Shown in pieces: positions 23,183 through 36,249 of a stretch of DNA of 64,000 nucleotides (position 1 is the first letter of the stretch; the number at the start of each line of letters is the position of its first letter). The notes under the pieces are model-generated. The model saw nothing but the letters and a program-made list of their open reading frames with translations, had not been told where the DNA came from and did not search any database. Source of the DNA: Okamejei kenojei (lineage: Eukaryota); assembly GCA_035221665.1 (NCBI GenBank), contig CM069159.1:17484001-17548000 (forward strand), written 5' to 3'. Both the position numbers and the translations under genes were made by a program.

Positions 23183-24799
23183 AGTGCAAGAGTGAATCCG
23201 CTTTCATCAGAGGGGACTACTTTCCTGTTTATTCCCCAACCGTCTCTTTGTGCCCCATCAGCAGATTGATATTGCACCCCGCATCAGTGTCATGGGCCAC
23301 TTTCTGCATGACCGTGGACATTAAATACTCCAACCAGTTTGAAAATGTCATATCCATATTAATAGCATACCATCTGTACTTAGCTATTGATTTTAACTCT
23401 AAATTTAATCATGCAGCACATTAAATAAAAAATGTAATTATATTTCTGGGTAGTCATCTTTCCTTAGTGTCTTGCTATTAGATCTGAGATGCAACATCTG
23501 GATAGTTACAAGTGAGAATCTAGGCCGTAAATTCTGATCTTGTTCCGTCGGCCTTAACTTTGCTTCAATTTAATTGACAGTATTAAATTGTTCTTCAGAC
23601 CTGATAGATTACCTTTCCATTGTATTGATTGGTACCTATGATGCTGAGTGCCTACCTTTATTGACTAATGTAAATTAACATGTTTATTTTAAGTCTACCT
23701 TATTTTTATTGTAGCCTATTAAAGTCCCGGAGCGTGCTCTTGCAAATAACATGAATTTTAATCAATAATTGTCTCACAACTTTCCCACCTAAAACTAAAT
23801 CAATAACTTGAATATGTGGATGGCGGATTTTTCTGTGCAATCTCAACTCCTGACTTTACTTGGAGCCGTCAGCAGAATTATGCAGTAACTTGGCAGCAAC
23901 TCTATTCTTCTCTGAAGTGGTGGAACCAACATGTAGAGATATGAATAATGTTTAATTCCTTTGGCAAGTATGTTGCAGTTTGAATGAAGATTTTTCAATG
24001 CCAGTCCCTCTCCACTCCAATTAGTGATGTGTTTGAAGTCCTCTTGTCATTAATGAAGCATTACCATCCTGTTCAATAGCAGGAATTTTATTTTGAAATT
24101 CAATCCCTATTTTTTAATGCTGCTCCATATTAGCAGTGATTTCTTTTTATGGTGTTATTTGCAATTACACTTTTTTTCTTTGATAGAGGAATAACTGCCT
24201 GGCCAAATATTTTCCATAAATTGTGAACAGCAAACACTTTAGAAATGGTTGTCAGAATGGGACAATTCAAAGATGTTGCATCTGTCTGATGCGAGCAGAG
24301 AATATAATCAACAATGGTTGACAAAATAAACAATGAAGATATAAGGGAAAATATCTTGACAATTTGTGCAGTCTGACACTGCAGATTATGTGTCCTTTCT
24401 CTGTACAGCTGTTTCATCGATCACACTTGGTGTCCTATTGAGAACCTTTTGCCAAAAGTTGCAGAAAATGGAAATTAGCATTTAACAGGATAGTATGTCC
24501 TTCACAACACACTCAATGGCCTCTTGAGAACTGTAAGTTATTGCAAAATTAAAACTGACTCTGGGAGCACAATGTTTGTGGTATTATTCCTTCCCTATCA
24601 ACTGTCCATGCTGAGTTCTGAGACTTCATGACCATTGCTGTCATTTGGTTTTCTTCCAACAAAAGCTTTTCACTCTACCTTGGTACACGTGACAACAAAC
24701 TAAACTGAGAAACGGAGAACTCTTCCCAGTGCTTCCCCTGAATGCTTGGGGTGATCTTGGACTGTGCTGTCATTGAGCAGTGACCTTCAATAATTCCAT

Positions 24800-26210
24800 T
24801 GCAAAGCGGAGGCCATGCGCCAACTCTCGGACGCCACCATCTCGAGGACTTCATCACTCCGGCTCCTTACCCATCCGCCTCCTTCCCTCGACCTCATCGT
24901 TCCCAGCCCCGCATCATTTTACCTTCTCCCCCAAAATCCACAAACCCGACTGGGGCATTGTCTCTGCTGTTCGTGCCCCACCGAACACATTTCCACATAC
25001 CTTGAGTGTTAAATCCCCCCCACCTATGTCCAGACACCTCAGACACTCTCCGTCGGCTCCGTGTCATTCCATTCTCCAGTCCCACCATCCTCTCATCTTT
25101 ACCATGGACGTCAGTCACTCTACACTCCATCCCCCACCAGGACGGTCCTCAAAGCCCTCCGGTTCTTCCTCGACCAGAGGAGGAAACCATACCCGTCCAC
25201 TGACACCCTCCTCCGCCTAAGTTGGTCCTTACCCTCAATATTCTGAATGTACACGTCTAACAATCCTTGTTCTCGGCGTACCAGGCCCATCCCCGACCTC
25301 TACCTCCGTTACATCGTGCTTTGTGTCAACCTCCTGCACCACACACAACTGACTGCCTTCATTGGCACTCAAATACACTTGGACCATTTCGAGACCTCAC
25401 AATCTCTATTGCAGGTGATAACTGACCTCCCATACCTGTATCTTGGTGTAAGGACTCCAAATCCCAATTCTTCGTCTAATCTGCTCCCAGGATGGAGGCG
25501 TTTCACACAGGTCATCACAAATGGCCTCATTCTTCAGAGAACGGGGAACTATTGACACGCACCAGGTCCTCCTTCATTGGCAGAGAGTTGGTGCCGACAA
25601 ATACAACAGATAGTCCTCCGCCACATCCACTCCCACCCTCACATAAAGACCGCCTCCCTTGTCAATGCTACTCCTTCCCCGGGCAGCAACCGCAAGAAAT
25701 GCAACTTGTCCCTTCACACTTTTCAAAGCAGTCGGTCCGACAGAGGTTCAACCTCCTCCAACCTCATCTACTGCTGCATCCGCTGCTCCATTGATCCGTG
25801 AGACCAAGTTGGCGATCGTTTCGCCGAACACCTCCGCTCCTCCGCAAAAAACCAACCGACCTCTCGCTCAGCACTGTACCGACCTCTCGGTCCTGGGCCT
25901 CCTCCATGGCCCCAGAGTTTGGAGGAACAACAGCACCTCATATTCGCTTGGGGAGTTTGCAATGAACCATGAATTTCTCAATTCTGTTATGACCTCTCTC
26001 TCAGCATTCCCTCTATCTCTATTCCCTCCCCACCCTAGTCCACTAGCTTCTTATTTTCACACACAAACAGCTTACAATGATCATCGATACTTTTTTGCTC
26101 CATTCATTCATTGTCTTTATCGTCTTATCTCTCGGATCGTCTGAAGAAGGGTCTCGACCCGAAACGTCGCTATCTTTCGCAGATGCTCTTGAGTTTCAGC
26201 ATTTTGTGTA
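24800..26210 (+). mobile_element. Penelope-like retroelement (RT plus GIY-YIG), frameshifted and internally deleted
   Basis: Peptide fragments PKIHKPD, CSCPTEHISTYL, LIFTMDV, LKALRFFLDQ...PSTDTLLRL (Penelope RT) and STSSNLIYCCIRCS, ETK...DRFAEHLRS (GIY-YIG region). Ends with the CTGAAGAAGGGTCTCGACCCGAAACGTC tail. Confidence 0.9.
26141..26168 (+). ncRNA. Minimal hammerhead ribozyme motif in the Penelope terminal repeat
   Basis: CUGAAGA-A-GGGU(CUCG)ACCC-GAAA-C-GUC contains the CUGANGA and GAAA boxes, helix II, a palindromic ACGU in place of helix III, and a GUC triplet. Helix I pairing is short, and activity is not shown. Confidence 0.6.
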
Positions 26211-26926
26211 AATGAACACTTCTAATTCCATGTTCACCCAGCTTTTTAAAAGCTCTGGTCATTTTCATTCTAAGTCGTAATTGTTTATCTTAAGGTTTCT
26301 TCAGTTTTAGCTGGTTTTAACATTTCGAGGGTTCATTTTCAACTACTTATTTGGGATTGTATATTTTTAATTTTCCGTATTTGAAAAAAGCTGCATTCAA
26401 TACATATTGATAAACATCAATCGGCCATTTAGTCTCTCAGCTCTGTCTCATACAACAGGGAGATTGGATTAATGTATTAATTCAATTTGGCTCTTTGGAT
26501 AATCTTACACGTCTCCTTCAGCCTCAGCCGGTGGATAAAACAGGTCAAGGCTCATCAAAACTTAGAAGACTCTTAAAGTTTTATTTAGACTGCACATATA
26601 TCACAAATAAGTTAATTTAAATGCAAATACTACAAATATATTATTGTGGTGGTGGGCTGGGTCAAGATCTTGTTTCCAATGAAAAAAGTTGGGGAATAAG
26701 TTTTATTTACCTTTATGATGATTCAGATATTTACTACTTTCAAGATTGGCTGCAGACAAATTCTAGCATCCCAAGATTATTTTCATTGCTCATCTATTAA
26801 CGTGGAAACCTTTGGCAAGTGCCACCCATAGTGGTTCAGAGATTTTTCTTTCTGTTCATACATGCTGGTCTTTTAGGATTTCCTCTCAGACTAGAGCATG
26901 CTCAAAATGTTTTTTACATTTACCGA

Positions 26927-27113
26927 GCCAATTAACCTACAAACCTGTACGTTTTTGGAGTGTGGGAGGAAGCCGAAGATCTTGGAGAAAACCCACGCAG
27001 TTCACGGGGAGAACGTACAAACGCCGTACAGACAGAACCCGTAGTCTGGATTGAACCCGGGTCTCCGGCGCTGCATTTGCTGTAAGGCAGCAACTCTACC
27101 ACTGCGCCACCGT
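26927..27113 (-). mobile_element. HE1-like V-SINE (5' part)
   Basis: GGAGAAAACCCACGCAGTTCACGGGGAGAACGTAC...GGCAGCAACTCTACCACTGCGCCACC. Confidence 0.85.
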
Positions 27114-27414
27114 GACTCTCTTGTTCCTCTTGACAAAAAAATGCCACCAGATGTAGTACATGTTGTTTTCCCATTCATTAAAGTGGATTTGTTGAAGGCT
27201 TTCTTGTCTAGTGTAGCTTGGTTAAGAGATCCAGCATGAAAATAAACCCAAAGCCTACCGTGCCTCCACTGACCATTAGTCACCCGTTAGCGCTATTTCT
27301 ATGTTATCCATCTCCTTGTAATTTGGCCAAACCTATACAAAAGCTTATCATTCATGAGGCATTTTTTAAATTGTTTTCCTGTCTGATAATACTTTTTTTT
27401 TTCATTGTAAGTAC

Positions 27415-27570
27415 TATTGTAATGTTTAAGGAACATTTAGACAGGAACATGGATAGGACAGGTTTAGAGGGATATGGGCCAAACAGCTATGTGGGACTAG
27501 AGCCGATGGGACACGTTGGTCAGTGTGTACAAGTTGAGCCGAAGGGCCAGTTTCGACGCTGTATGACTCA
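27415..27570 (+). mobile_element. CR1/HER1-type 3' tail
   Basis: MFKEHLDRNMDRTGLEGYG followed by GAGCCGAAGGGCCAGTTTC. Confidence 0.8.
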
Positions 27571-28728
27571 ATTACTCTATTGTATAGAAACATCTAAGTT
27601 TCTTTGAACTTGTACCGTTTCCAGCTTTTTACCACATAAAATGATAGCAAATATCATTTTGTAATACAAAATTGATGATTATCACGTCTGCATTATTTCA
27701 GGTTTTTTTTGGCATATTCTCTTAATCTATCAATCTCGCTGCAATGTTGTGTTCATCTATATTGCTTACAGTGCAAATGATCTTTTTATATGAACAAACA
27801 TTGGGGTGAAGCTCTCTGTTACGTTATGGTTGCAAGCACAAAACAGCATCTCCTGGGCCCATTATCTCTTCCCTTTGATTTAAATTCACAAACATTATTG
27901 TTTTCACTGTAGTCTCCTGCCTAGCCAGTCTCCTTAACATGTCTAAAATGGTTTTCATTTCATGAGTTTTAATCTTAGCTAAGGAGGTACATTTACTGAT
28001 CCTTCCATGAAAGCTTGTTTAAATTGCTTATTAACATTCTCTTGTTCCTTTCTGAAAAATAATCGCAATTACTTTGGTTAGATGTGACGTACCCTTAACA
28101 AATCTATTGTGTTCAAAATCCTGTCTTTGGTTTTGGTTCAAACATCAGTTTGGTTCAAATTTCTCAAATGCCAATCACTTGTTTCTTAATTGTGCCTTCC
28201 ACTAACAGCCACCACAGAAATGAAAATTTGGCAAAATCAATAATAATGTTCTCATTTATAACTTTTAAAATGCAGACTAAAAACAACCATTAGTCACGTG
28301 CAATAACTACGTTAAAACTGTTTTCAATTATATTAACTATAGTGGCTTGCAATTCTGCTTCATTTAATGGTGTCTTTGAAATATTAAGTATTTAGTTCTC
28401 TTCATTGTGAAGGTAGACGCTAATTAATTACTTTGACAATTCTGCTGTTTTCTCATTTTCATCTGCAATGTTAACTGCATCTGATTTTACAGACCCACGT
28501 AACACTTAACATCGAGCGCTATTGAATGGCGAAATATTATGCTAAATATAGTATATGAAAAAAATGTCAGGATTTAACTGTAGGATAGCAATAACAAAAC
28601 ACTTTTAATAGCAAATGTTGAAATGTGACAGGAACATTTATTATTATATATTTGAGAATGCTGTTTGGATGCTAAAGAAATTGTAACTGTTGGTGGCACA
28701 GTGAAGCAGCGAGAGAGTTGTTGCCTCA

Positions 28729-29012
28729 AGGGGCTGTCCCACTTCGGCGACCTAAATGGCGAGTTTAGAAGAGTTTAGGAGAGTTTGAAAAAAATGTCAT
28801 GTTGAATACCTCCTTCAACTATGTAGAAGACCTCCTTCGACTATGTTGAAGACAAGCTACGACTAGCTACGATTAACTTCGGGAAAATTGGACACCGAAT
28901 AGTGGAGAGTGAAGCCGACCTCCTTCGATCTCCCTTCGACATCCCTTCGCATCCCTTCAATTTCCCTTCGACTATGATGAAGATTATCTATGAATACCTT
29001 TGACTACCTTTG
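28729..29012 (+). mobile_element. Truncated Harbinger-type MITE (left TIR only) inserted after a V-SINE head (28691-28728)
   Basis: AGGGGCTGTCCCACTTCGGCGACC matches the TIR family. Internal CCTTCGAC repeats are present, and no right TIR was seen. Confidence 0.65.
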
Positions 29013-29211
29013 TTTTCACAATGTTATTTCACTTATTTATGAACAACTAATGATGAACAGATACCGGTATACGAGAATCAAACACAGTCAGTCGATGAGG
29101 AAAAAAATATGTACAAATTCAGAATAACAGATTTATCCCCTGGGTAGGCGAAATTTACCCCAGGTTGGCAACTCTTGAAATAGAAGAAAAAACTAGTCTG
29201 CCTAATTAATA

Positions 29212-29310
29212 GGTGGTAGACAAAAATGCTGGAGAAACTCAGTGGGTGAGGCAGCATCTATGGAATGAAGGAAATAGGGAACGGTTCGGGTCGAAACCCT
29301 TCTTCAGAAC
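29212..29310 (-). mobile_element. Short Penelope-derived element with 12-bp TSD
   Basis: GCCTAATTAATA at 29200-29211 and 29311-29322. Confidence 0.8.
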
Positions 29311-29784
29311 GCCTAATTAATAAATTGTTCTTGGTCTCTTGCTGTCATAGAGAGTTATATATCATGGAAATAAACCCTTCCCAATCTATTCCTTTCATGA
29401 TTTTGTACACCTCTCAAGGATCACCTATCATTTTCTTGAGCTCCATGAATAAAGCCCTTGCCTGCTCAACCTGTCTCTAGCTTTTAACCACTTAAAACAA
29501 TTGAATCTTTTATTTTGCAATTGAACATGTACAATCTATATTGACTCTGTAATGCCCTGCTGCAAGAGTAGCAAAAGCATTCTGAAAGAAACTGCAGAAG
29601 AACATGGAGGATAAAGACAAATGCCCTTAATGGGGAGAGAAGTGCTGAGCAGAAATTGTATGAAGTCACCAGGGACCTGATGACCCAAATGGACTCTTAC
29701 TCTGCTGTAGTTCTCCCACACAGTGAGTTCATCTAAATCTGGCCTACTGGGCATCTACCTAACTTCCTCCTCGTCTTACTGTTG

Positions 29785-30157
29785 GTCGAGGAACGCTGAG
29801 GCCCTATCCAAGAAGGACAGAGCTGGCTGTACTTTTTGAGAAGGCTGCCATCTCCTTCGCTGGCATGTGCTGGTGCAGCAGGCGCGAAAGCCGGGATTAC
29901 CAAACTCATCAGGAAGGCTGGCTCCGTCCCGGGGGTGGAATTGGACTCGTGGGCGGTGGTCTTGGAGGGGAGGATGCTCCTCAAACTGTGGAACATCTTG
30001 GACAATGCAGCTCACTCCCCTTCATGACACACTGGTCAACCTGAGGAGTACTTTCAGCAACCACCCCCCTCCCCCCTCCCCAATCTTTGAACATCTCCAA
30101 TCCTTTCCAGATCAATTTCCCTCATGGGATAAATAAAGTTCTATCGTATCGTATCAT
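29785..30157 (+). mobile_element. Rex1/Babar-clade LINE 3' fragment (second subfamily)
   Basis: KLIRKAGSVPGVELDSWAVVLEGRMLLKLWNILDNAAH...LHDTL; tail GGGATAAATAAAGTTCTATCGTATCG. Confidence 0.7.
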
Positions 30158-30164
30158 ACCAAAT

Positions 30165-30350
30165 GTCCAAAGCTCAAGAATTCCTTCCAAAAATATTTCT
30201 ACCACTCTTCTCCTCTAAGCTGTTGCTTAAAACTGACTACTTTGATCAGACTTTTGATCACATCATAATTCATCGCAACTTGACTTGCTTTCAAATACTG
30301 TGCGATCCATACTCCTGTGCAATGCCTTGGGACATTTGTCAAAATTAGTT
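30165..30350 (+). mobile_element. Old L2-type 3' UTR relic
   Basis: CTTAAAACTGACTACTTTGATCAGACTTTTG...CTCCTGTGCAATGCCTTGGGACATTT resembles an L2 tail. Confidence 0.45.
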
Positions 30351-31214
30351 TTTAAATAAATTCAATGATGAAATTGACTTAATGCCCAAAACATTCAGCA
30401 AGGTAGGAGCACCTGGTGAAGGGGTTGATGAAAATTCATTGACCTGAAACATAAACTGTTTTTCTCGCCTGCGTATTTTTGGTGCCTTCAATAATACCAG
30501 CACTTTCTTATTTCATTTCAGACGTCTATTTGCTGTAACATAAATTGTCATTTTAGCCAGTGCATTTTATGCATATAATTCCACAGATGTCAGTGGTCTC
30601 AGGAAGTCTGTCAAATTAATAATTCTCCTATGTGAGTGCAGATGGTGTGCATCCAAGTGTTACTGAAGATATCCAAGTGATAATGGAACCTTACTTCCTC
30701 TGTAACTGAGGTGTTAAATCCGCAAGGCCATATATGGCAGTAAACTCAAGTAGATTCCTTGTGCAGCCTGGAAAAAAAAGTTGACTGTACAATTCTTTCA
30801 ATTTGTTTTACTGTTCAATATCATAACTGATTTGATCTTAGCCACACCAATTTTTTCCCGCCTATTTCTATAATTGTGGAATCCCTCATAGTTCAAAATC
30901 AATCTATCTCAACCACAGCTTGGTTTCTCAAGTGTGGGGATATCTTTTGCATACAGGACGAAGATATTAGTTCAATGTGGCATCATGTTCATCACAGGTA
31001 CCATGGGTTGAAGGGTCTGTTCCTGTGTTGTCTTTTTCCATAAACGTTCCATCTGCTAAGAGTAAACATTTGTAAAGATTCACGTCCCTGTGAGAATGGT
31101 GAGCAGATTAGATGAGCTTTCCGTTGGATTCAGAATGTTCTCCCCATTTCTAAATATCATTGTGAAAGGAACAACCTTCTGCATCAGACCTTTCAAATTT
31201 CAAAGGCGACAAGG

Positions 31215-32122
31215 AGGCAGTGCCTTATAGCGCTAACAGTATTTACAGCGCCAGAGACCCAGGTTCGATCCTGGCTACGGGTGCTGTATGTATGGAGTTT
31301 GTATGTTCACCCTGTGACCTGCGTGGGTTGTCTCCGAGATCTTCGGTTTCCTCCCACACTCCAAAGACTTAAGGGCCTGTCCCACTTAGGCGACTGCTGG
31401 TGACTACGCAGTCACCACACGGTCGCTGGGGTGTCACCTGTATGGCCGTGAGTAGTCTCCTCAGTCGCCCAAAGAGTCGTAGTGTATTTCCGGTCACCAC
31501 TGGATTTTGAAACGTTCAAAACCTTTCGGCGACCGTGGGCTGGTTGTAGCTTGTCTTCTCCTGACGTAGGTGTTGTCGTAGTTTGTTGCCGGTGCTGACC
31601 GGTTAATTCCATTGGCGACTACCTACATCAACCTACGTCAACCGGCGACAGGTATCAGCGACTGAATTGTCTTCAGTTGTCGCCGACAGGGTTATAGCTT
31701 GTTGCAGGTGGATGTAGGTTGACTTTGGTTGTCGTAGGTTGTCGCCTGTGTGGTCGTGGGTCGTCGTTGGTGTGGTCGTATGTGAACATCCTAATGGGTC
31801 GCCGGTTGTCAGTAGCTTGCCGCAGCTAGATGTCAACTAGGTGGTAGGTTGTTGCACCTTGTCGTAGGCATTGACATAGACATTTTCGTAGGGGGGTCCA
31901 GTCGCCGGTTTTTCGGCGACCTGCTACGACTATGACAGTTGCCGGCAGACACCCTAAAAAATTGCCTAAGTGGGACAGGCCCTTTACAGGTTTGTCGGTT
32001 AATTAGTTTGGGACAAATGTAAAAATGACCCCAGTGTAGGATAGTACTAATGTGTGGAGATTGCTGGTTTTGGTGGGCTGAAGAGCCTGTTTCCACCCTG
32101 TATCTCTAGATTAAGCTAAGCT
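31215..32122 (+). mobile_element. HE1-like V-SINE split by a MITE
   Basis: GGTTCGATCC B box and V domain run up to CCAAAGACTTA, then resume at CAGGTTTGTCGGTTAATT after 31986. Confidence 0.85.
31372..31983. mobile_element. PIF/Harbinger-type MITE with perfect TTA TSD
   Basis: TIRs AGGGCCTGTCCCACTTAGGC / GCCTAAGTGGGACAGGCCCT. TTA at 31369-31371 and 31984-31986. Removing the element restores the SINE. Confidence 0.92.
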
Positions 32123-32849
32123 AGACTGACCTCTTTCTGATCTTTCTGATCCTTCTGATCTTTAATTATTTCAATATTTCAATATTTCTAAAATTACCTC
32201 TCATTCTTCTGAACATTCTGTGAATACTGGTCCGACCTGTTCAACAGTCTTTCACAGGACAACTTATCATTCCAGGAAACAAGCTAATCAGACTCTGATT
32301 ACATAATGTGATTACATCTTGTTGCCAATGCTTGCTTTTTGTCCCACTTTGAGTACATAAGCTGCCATAATAACATTAGAATGTGCTTCTGAATCATTTA
32401 TTAAGGCACCAGGATTGCCAGTAACATAAATACAATATCCTTTTTTTTTCTCTTTAATTGTATTTTGCAAGTGACAGCATTATATTTTTCACAGAAGAAG
32501 TGAAATGTTTTGTAAAAGTGGAGTTCAAAAGCTTGTATTTCTCCATCTGTGACTGTTGATAGACATAGTCAGTGCAGTTTAGTTTGAAGTTGAACAAGTG
32601 TACCATCATTCAAAGCGCGGAAACTTAACTGCTGTTTGAAGTTGCTTTTACCCAGACTTCTACTTTCATTTTTAGTTTGAAGTGCTTGGTTTCCTGTACC
32701 ATTGTTTTGCTGCACTGATGGGCCCATCCATTTGCTCAAGGCTGTCATTGCTAAAGGGGAGGCAGTCACACTTGCCTGCTATACTGAGAAGGTTGTCTGT
32801 GTGACAAATTGCTGATCCAGTTATACCCCCAGTCTGACAATTCAGACAG

Positions 32850-35050
32850 AAACACGGTCTTCTCCGCGCATACACAACACGTTAACAGCCAACATGTCAC
32901 ACTCAAGAAGCACTCCAAACATGATACAGTCTTGTGGAATAATAAAAACCTCCCAATGTGGATACCACTGTTAATTCTGAATGACTTGATGGTTTGTCAT
33001 TTCTCTTGCAACAGGTTTTTGAAGTCTGGAGTCCCATCAGGCTGATGTTGGATTGAAACGCAAGAGTGTTGTACATTTATGAATAGTCTGACTTGATGAT
33101 AAAAACATGAAATGGTTTGATGTCTGAAGCTACTTTCTACATGAGTCTGGAATTCCATGCTCTCAAAGTTAGATGTTGCATTCTCAACCAGGCACTCAGG
33201 GGAAGCTCCGTGCTTCTTTCAAAGTACTCTTCTCAGTCAAAGTTAGGCCTGTCTTTCTCCTCCATTTCTTGGAGAAATCCATGTCCGCGGGTGCACTGGA
33301 AGGTGTATTTGGTTGATGAATAATTTGTGAGGAGAAGTATGAAGAGGCTTTGAGCAAATATAAACATGTTATGTGAGTGGGTTGTTATATGACAGGTGGA
33401 ATTTAATGTGGAAAAAATGTGAGGATTTCCACTTCAATACCCAAACTGAAAAGAATGTCTTATCAATGAAATCAGGTTGGAAAATATGAATGTTCAGAAA
33501 GATAAAGGTGGCCTTATAAGCAACCCATTGAAAGCGAGTATATGTGCTTTTAGAAAGACGAATAGAATTTTGTCCTGATAGCAGTACAAAAGTAAGCAAT
33601 TGGTGTAATTTCTTGGGGAGATTGAACCTGCAATATTGGTTAAAATGCTGGTCTTCTTTCTTCGAAGGGTATGTATTTCTTATAGCGGGAGCCAAACAAG
33701 AAATTCACCAATTCTCCAGACTAGTGAAAATAGACACAAAGTGCTGGACTCTGGAAAACATTGATAAGTGAGGTTTCGAACTTCGAACTAAGAAAATTAG
33801 GTTTCGGGTCAGGACCCTTCTTCAGACTGGTTGTGGCGGGGGAGGGGGAGAGAGTGAGGAAAAAGGAGGGGCAGAAGAAACGTGGGTTTTCTAAAGGTGC
33901 TCCGGTTTCCTCCCACACTACAAAGATCCACATTTGGCTTTGGTAAATATTGTAAATTGTCCCTGGTGTGTAGGACAGTGCGAGTGTATGGGTATTGCTG
34001 GCTGGCATGGGACATGGTGGACCTGTTTCTGCCCTGTCTCTCCAAACTAAACAAAACTAATAATGAATTTCACGTTACGTCAGTACTTCTGACAAATAAA
34101 GTACCTCTGAACCATTGAAATGAACATCATCCAAGGAGCATTACAATTTAGAATAAGTTTGAATTTAATAGCAGAAACAAATAAATATAGAAAGATAAAA
34201 AGTTGGTTGAAAGGGAGAAATGTAGCATGAAATGTAAAAGCAAAACTGTTAATGTGCATGAGTAAAACTTCGAAAATTTGAAAAGATAAAAATATATTTT
34301 TCAGTATATTGCCAGAAAGATGGACTGGCAATAATTAGCATTTAGCATGTTGTAAAAGGATGCAGGATTACTTGGCTTATCTTCGGGTGGTGAGTTAGAT
34401 TTGTGCTGTCGAAATGCTGTCCATTTGTGCTGAACATAACGCTGGTTATTGCAGTTAAATGCTGAAGCACCGGTTGAGATGCAATTTCTACAAACTTAAT
34501 GGCAGAACATTGAATCCCTGACAGCAACTCCTTCATTTCTGTGTTCAAGCGCAAATCCACTCTGTCTCAGTGTAACAGTCGTGCATAAATAATAATGAAC
34601 ATAATTAGCCACATTCATATGTTAACAGCAGATTCTGGGCCATTTTAGTTACCACATTGTATTTTTACACTGCCTGAAGTATATTGGCTTTGGTGCCAAG
34701 TTGTGGAGATAGGATTAGCAGCAGCATTGTTGGAGAGGTATTGGATTGATGCCATGTGGCTGAAGAAGTCCTTTGCGATTTACTTTGCATTGCTGTAAGT
34801 ATGTTCCAACAGAAGGGAGACAAAAAAACACAACTTCTCATTCTGTAATCAAGTGATTGCTTCTTCTCAATCATGCATAACTTTTGGACTGCTTTCACAG
34901 TTTTGAATTGATTCTTATTTTATTTGACACAAGTATCTCCACGTGCCAGTAGCCTTAATTGTGGAGATTTATCAGACTCCCTCAAATATTTCACTGTTGG
35001 AGGCAAATAAAACTTGTAATTTTGTTCTTCTCAACCATGCGCATCTGGAT
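32850..35050 (-). pseudogene. Possible ancient L1/Tx1-like ORF2 relic, interrupted by younger repeats
   Basis: Minus-strand fragments fall in L1 order: RSCVFLSPF (cf. RQGCPLSPL), LSGIQ, PVHLSGNILK, IFQPDFIDKTFFSVW...SSHFF, KKWRRKTGLTLTE, IPQDCIMFGVL. Many stops and frameshifts. Confidence 0.35.
33730..34058. mobile_element. Penelope-derived short element (-) fused to a V-SINE 3' half (+)
   Basis: GTTTCGGGTCAGGACCCTTCTTCAGAC at 33801-33827, then CGTGGGTTTTCT...CCGGTTTCCTCCCACAC...CTAAAC. Confidence 0.75.
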
Positions 35051-35295
35051 CTTCAGAAGTATTAGTTTAGTTTGGAGGTACAGTGTGGAAACAGGCCCTA
35101 AGGGCCTGGTCTACACCGACCAGCAATCTCCATACACTAACAATATCTGGCGCTGTAAGGCAGCTACTCTATTGATGCGCCTTGCATTATGATTTAAGGT
35201 AGCTATAAAGTGGATTTATTGGTAATTGTTAAGAGCAAATGTAAATACAAGATTTTAAGTTGTGCACTTGATTTGCTTATTTTCTCTTCAAACAG

Positions 35296-35313
35296 TGATG
35301 ATTGCAAAATCAG
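35296..35313 (+). other. Candidate 18-nt microexon
   Basis: TTGTGCACTTGATTTGCTTATTTTCTCTTCAAACAG|TGATGATTGCAAAATCAG|GTAACT. Confidence 0.25.
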
Positions 35314-35347
35314 GTAACTTGTATGGAGAGAGGAAGAGTTAAGGTTT

Positions 35348-35822
35348 CATAGAATCATAGAAAATAGGTGCAGGAGTAGGCCATTCGGCCCTTTGAGCCT
35401 GCACCGCCATTCAATATAATCATGGCTGATCATCCAACTCAGTATCCTGTACCTGCCTTCTCTCCATACTCCCTGATCCCTTTAGTCACAAGGACCACAT
35501 CTAACTCCCTCTTAAATATAGCCAATGAACTGGTCTCAACTACCTTCTGTGGCAGAGAATTCCACAGATTCACCACTCTCTGTGTGAAAAATGATTTTCT
35601 CATCTCGATCCTAAAAGACTTCCCCCTTATCCTTAAACTGTGACCCCTTGTTCTGGAATTCCCCAACATCGGGAACAGTCTTCCTGCATCTAGCCTGTCC
35701 AACCCCTTAAGAATTTTGTAAGTCTCTATAAGATCCCCCCTCAATCTTCTAAATTCCAGCGAGTACAAGCCAAGTCCATCCAGTCTTTCCTCATATGGAA
35801 GTCCTGCCATCCCAGGAATCAG
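35348..35822 (-). mobile_element. Young CR1/HER1-type LINE 3' end
   Basis: Open ORF LIPGMAGLPYEERLDGLGLYSLEFRRLRGDLIETYKILKGLD...RTRGHSLRIRG...FFTQRVVNLWNSLP. Confidence 0.95.
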
Positions 35823-36249
35823 TGTGGACATTGGACAATGACCTTTCAAGAAAGTGAGGTACAGGACGGTGGCTAAGTAAACTAAACCAAGGAGTCATTC
35901 ACATATCTGACGATGGGAACGATCAAGTAGCATTTTCTCACTTGCATCAATTAGATCTTTGACATCCTCTACCAATTTTGGTTTCCATAGCTCTGCTTTT
36001 GATTTTGAACAGTTAAAAAGAAGAATTGTTCATGGTGGGAAAGGAGGGGAACAGTTGGAGCATAAATTCAAGGAAGAAGTAAAAGGACCCTCAGACCATC
36101 TTTGCGTGGGATGGTGTAGAGAGATTGGATGGCTTTATGAAGATGAGATCTCATGTATGTAAGTTAGAAAAAGGTGGACAAAAGGCAAAAATGGAGCATT
36201 AAGCCAGTAGGAAATAGGTTATTTGGGACAAGAATATGAAAGGCTTGCT

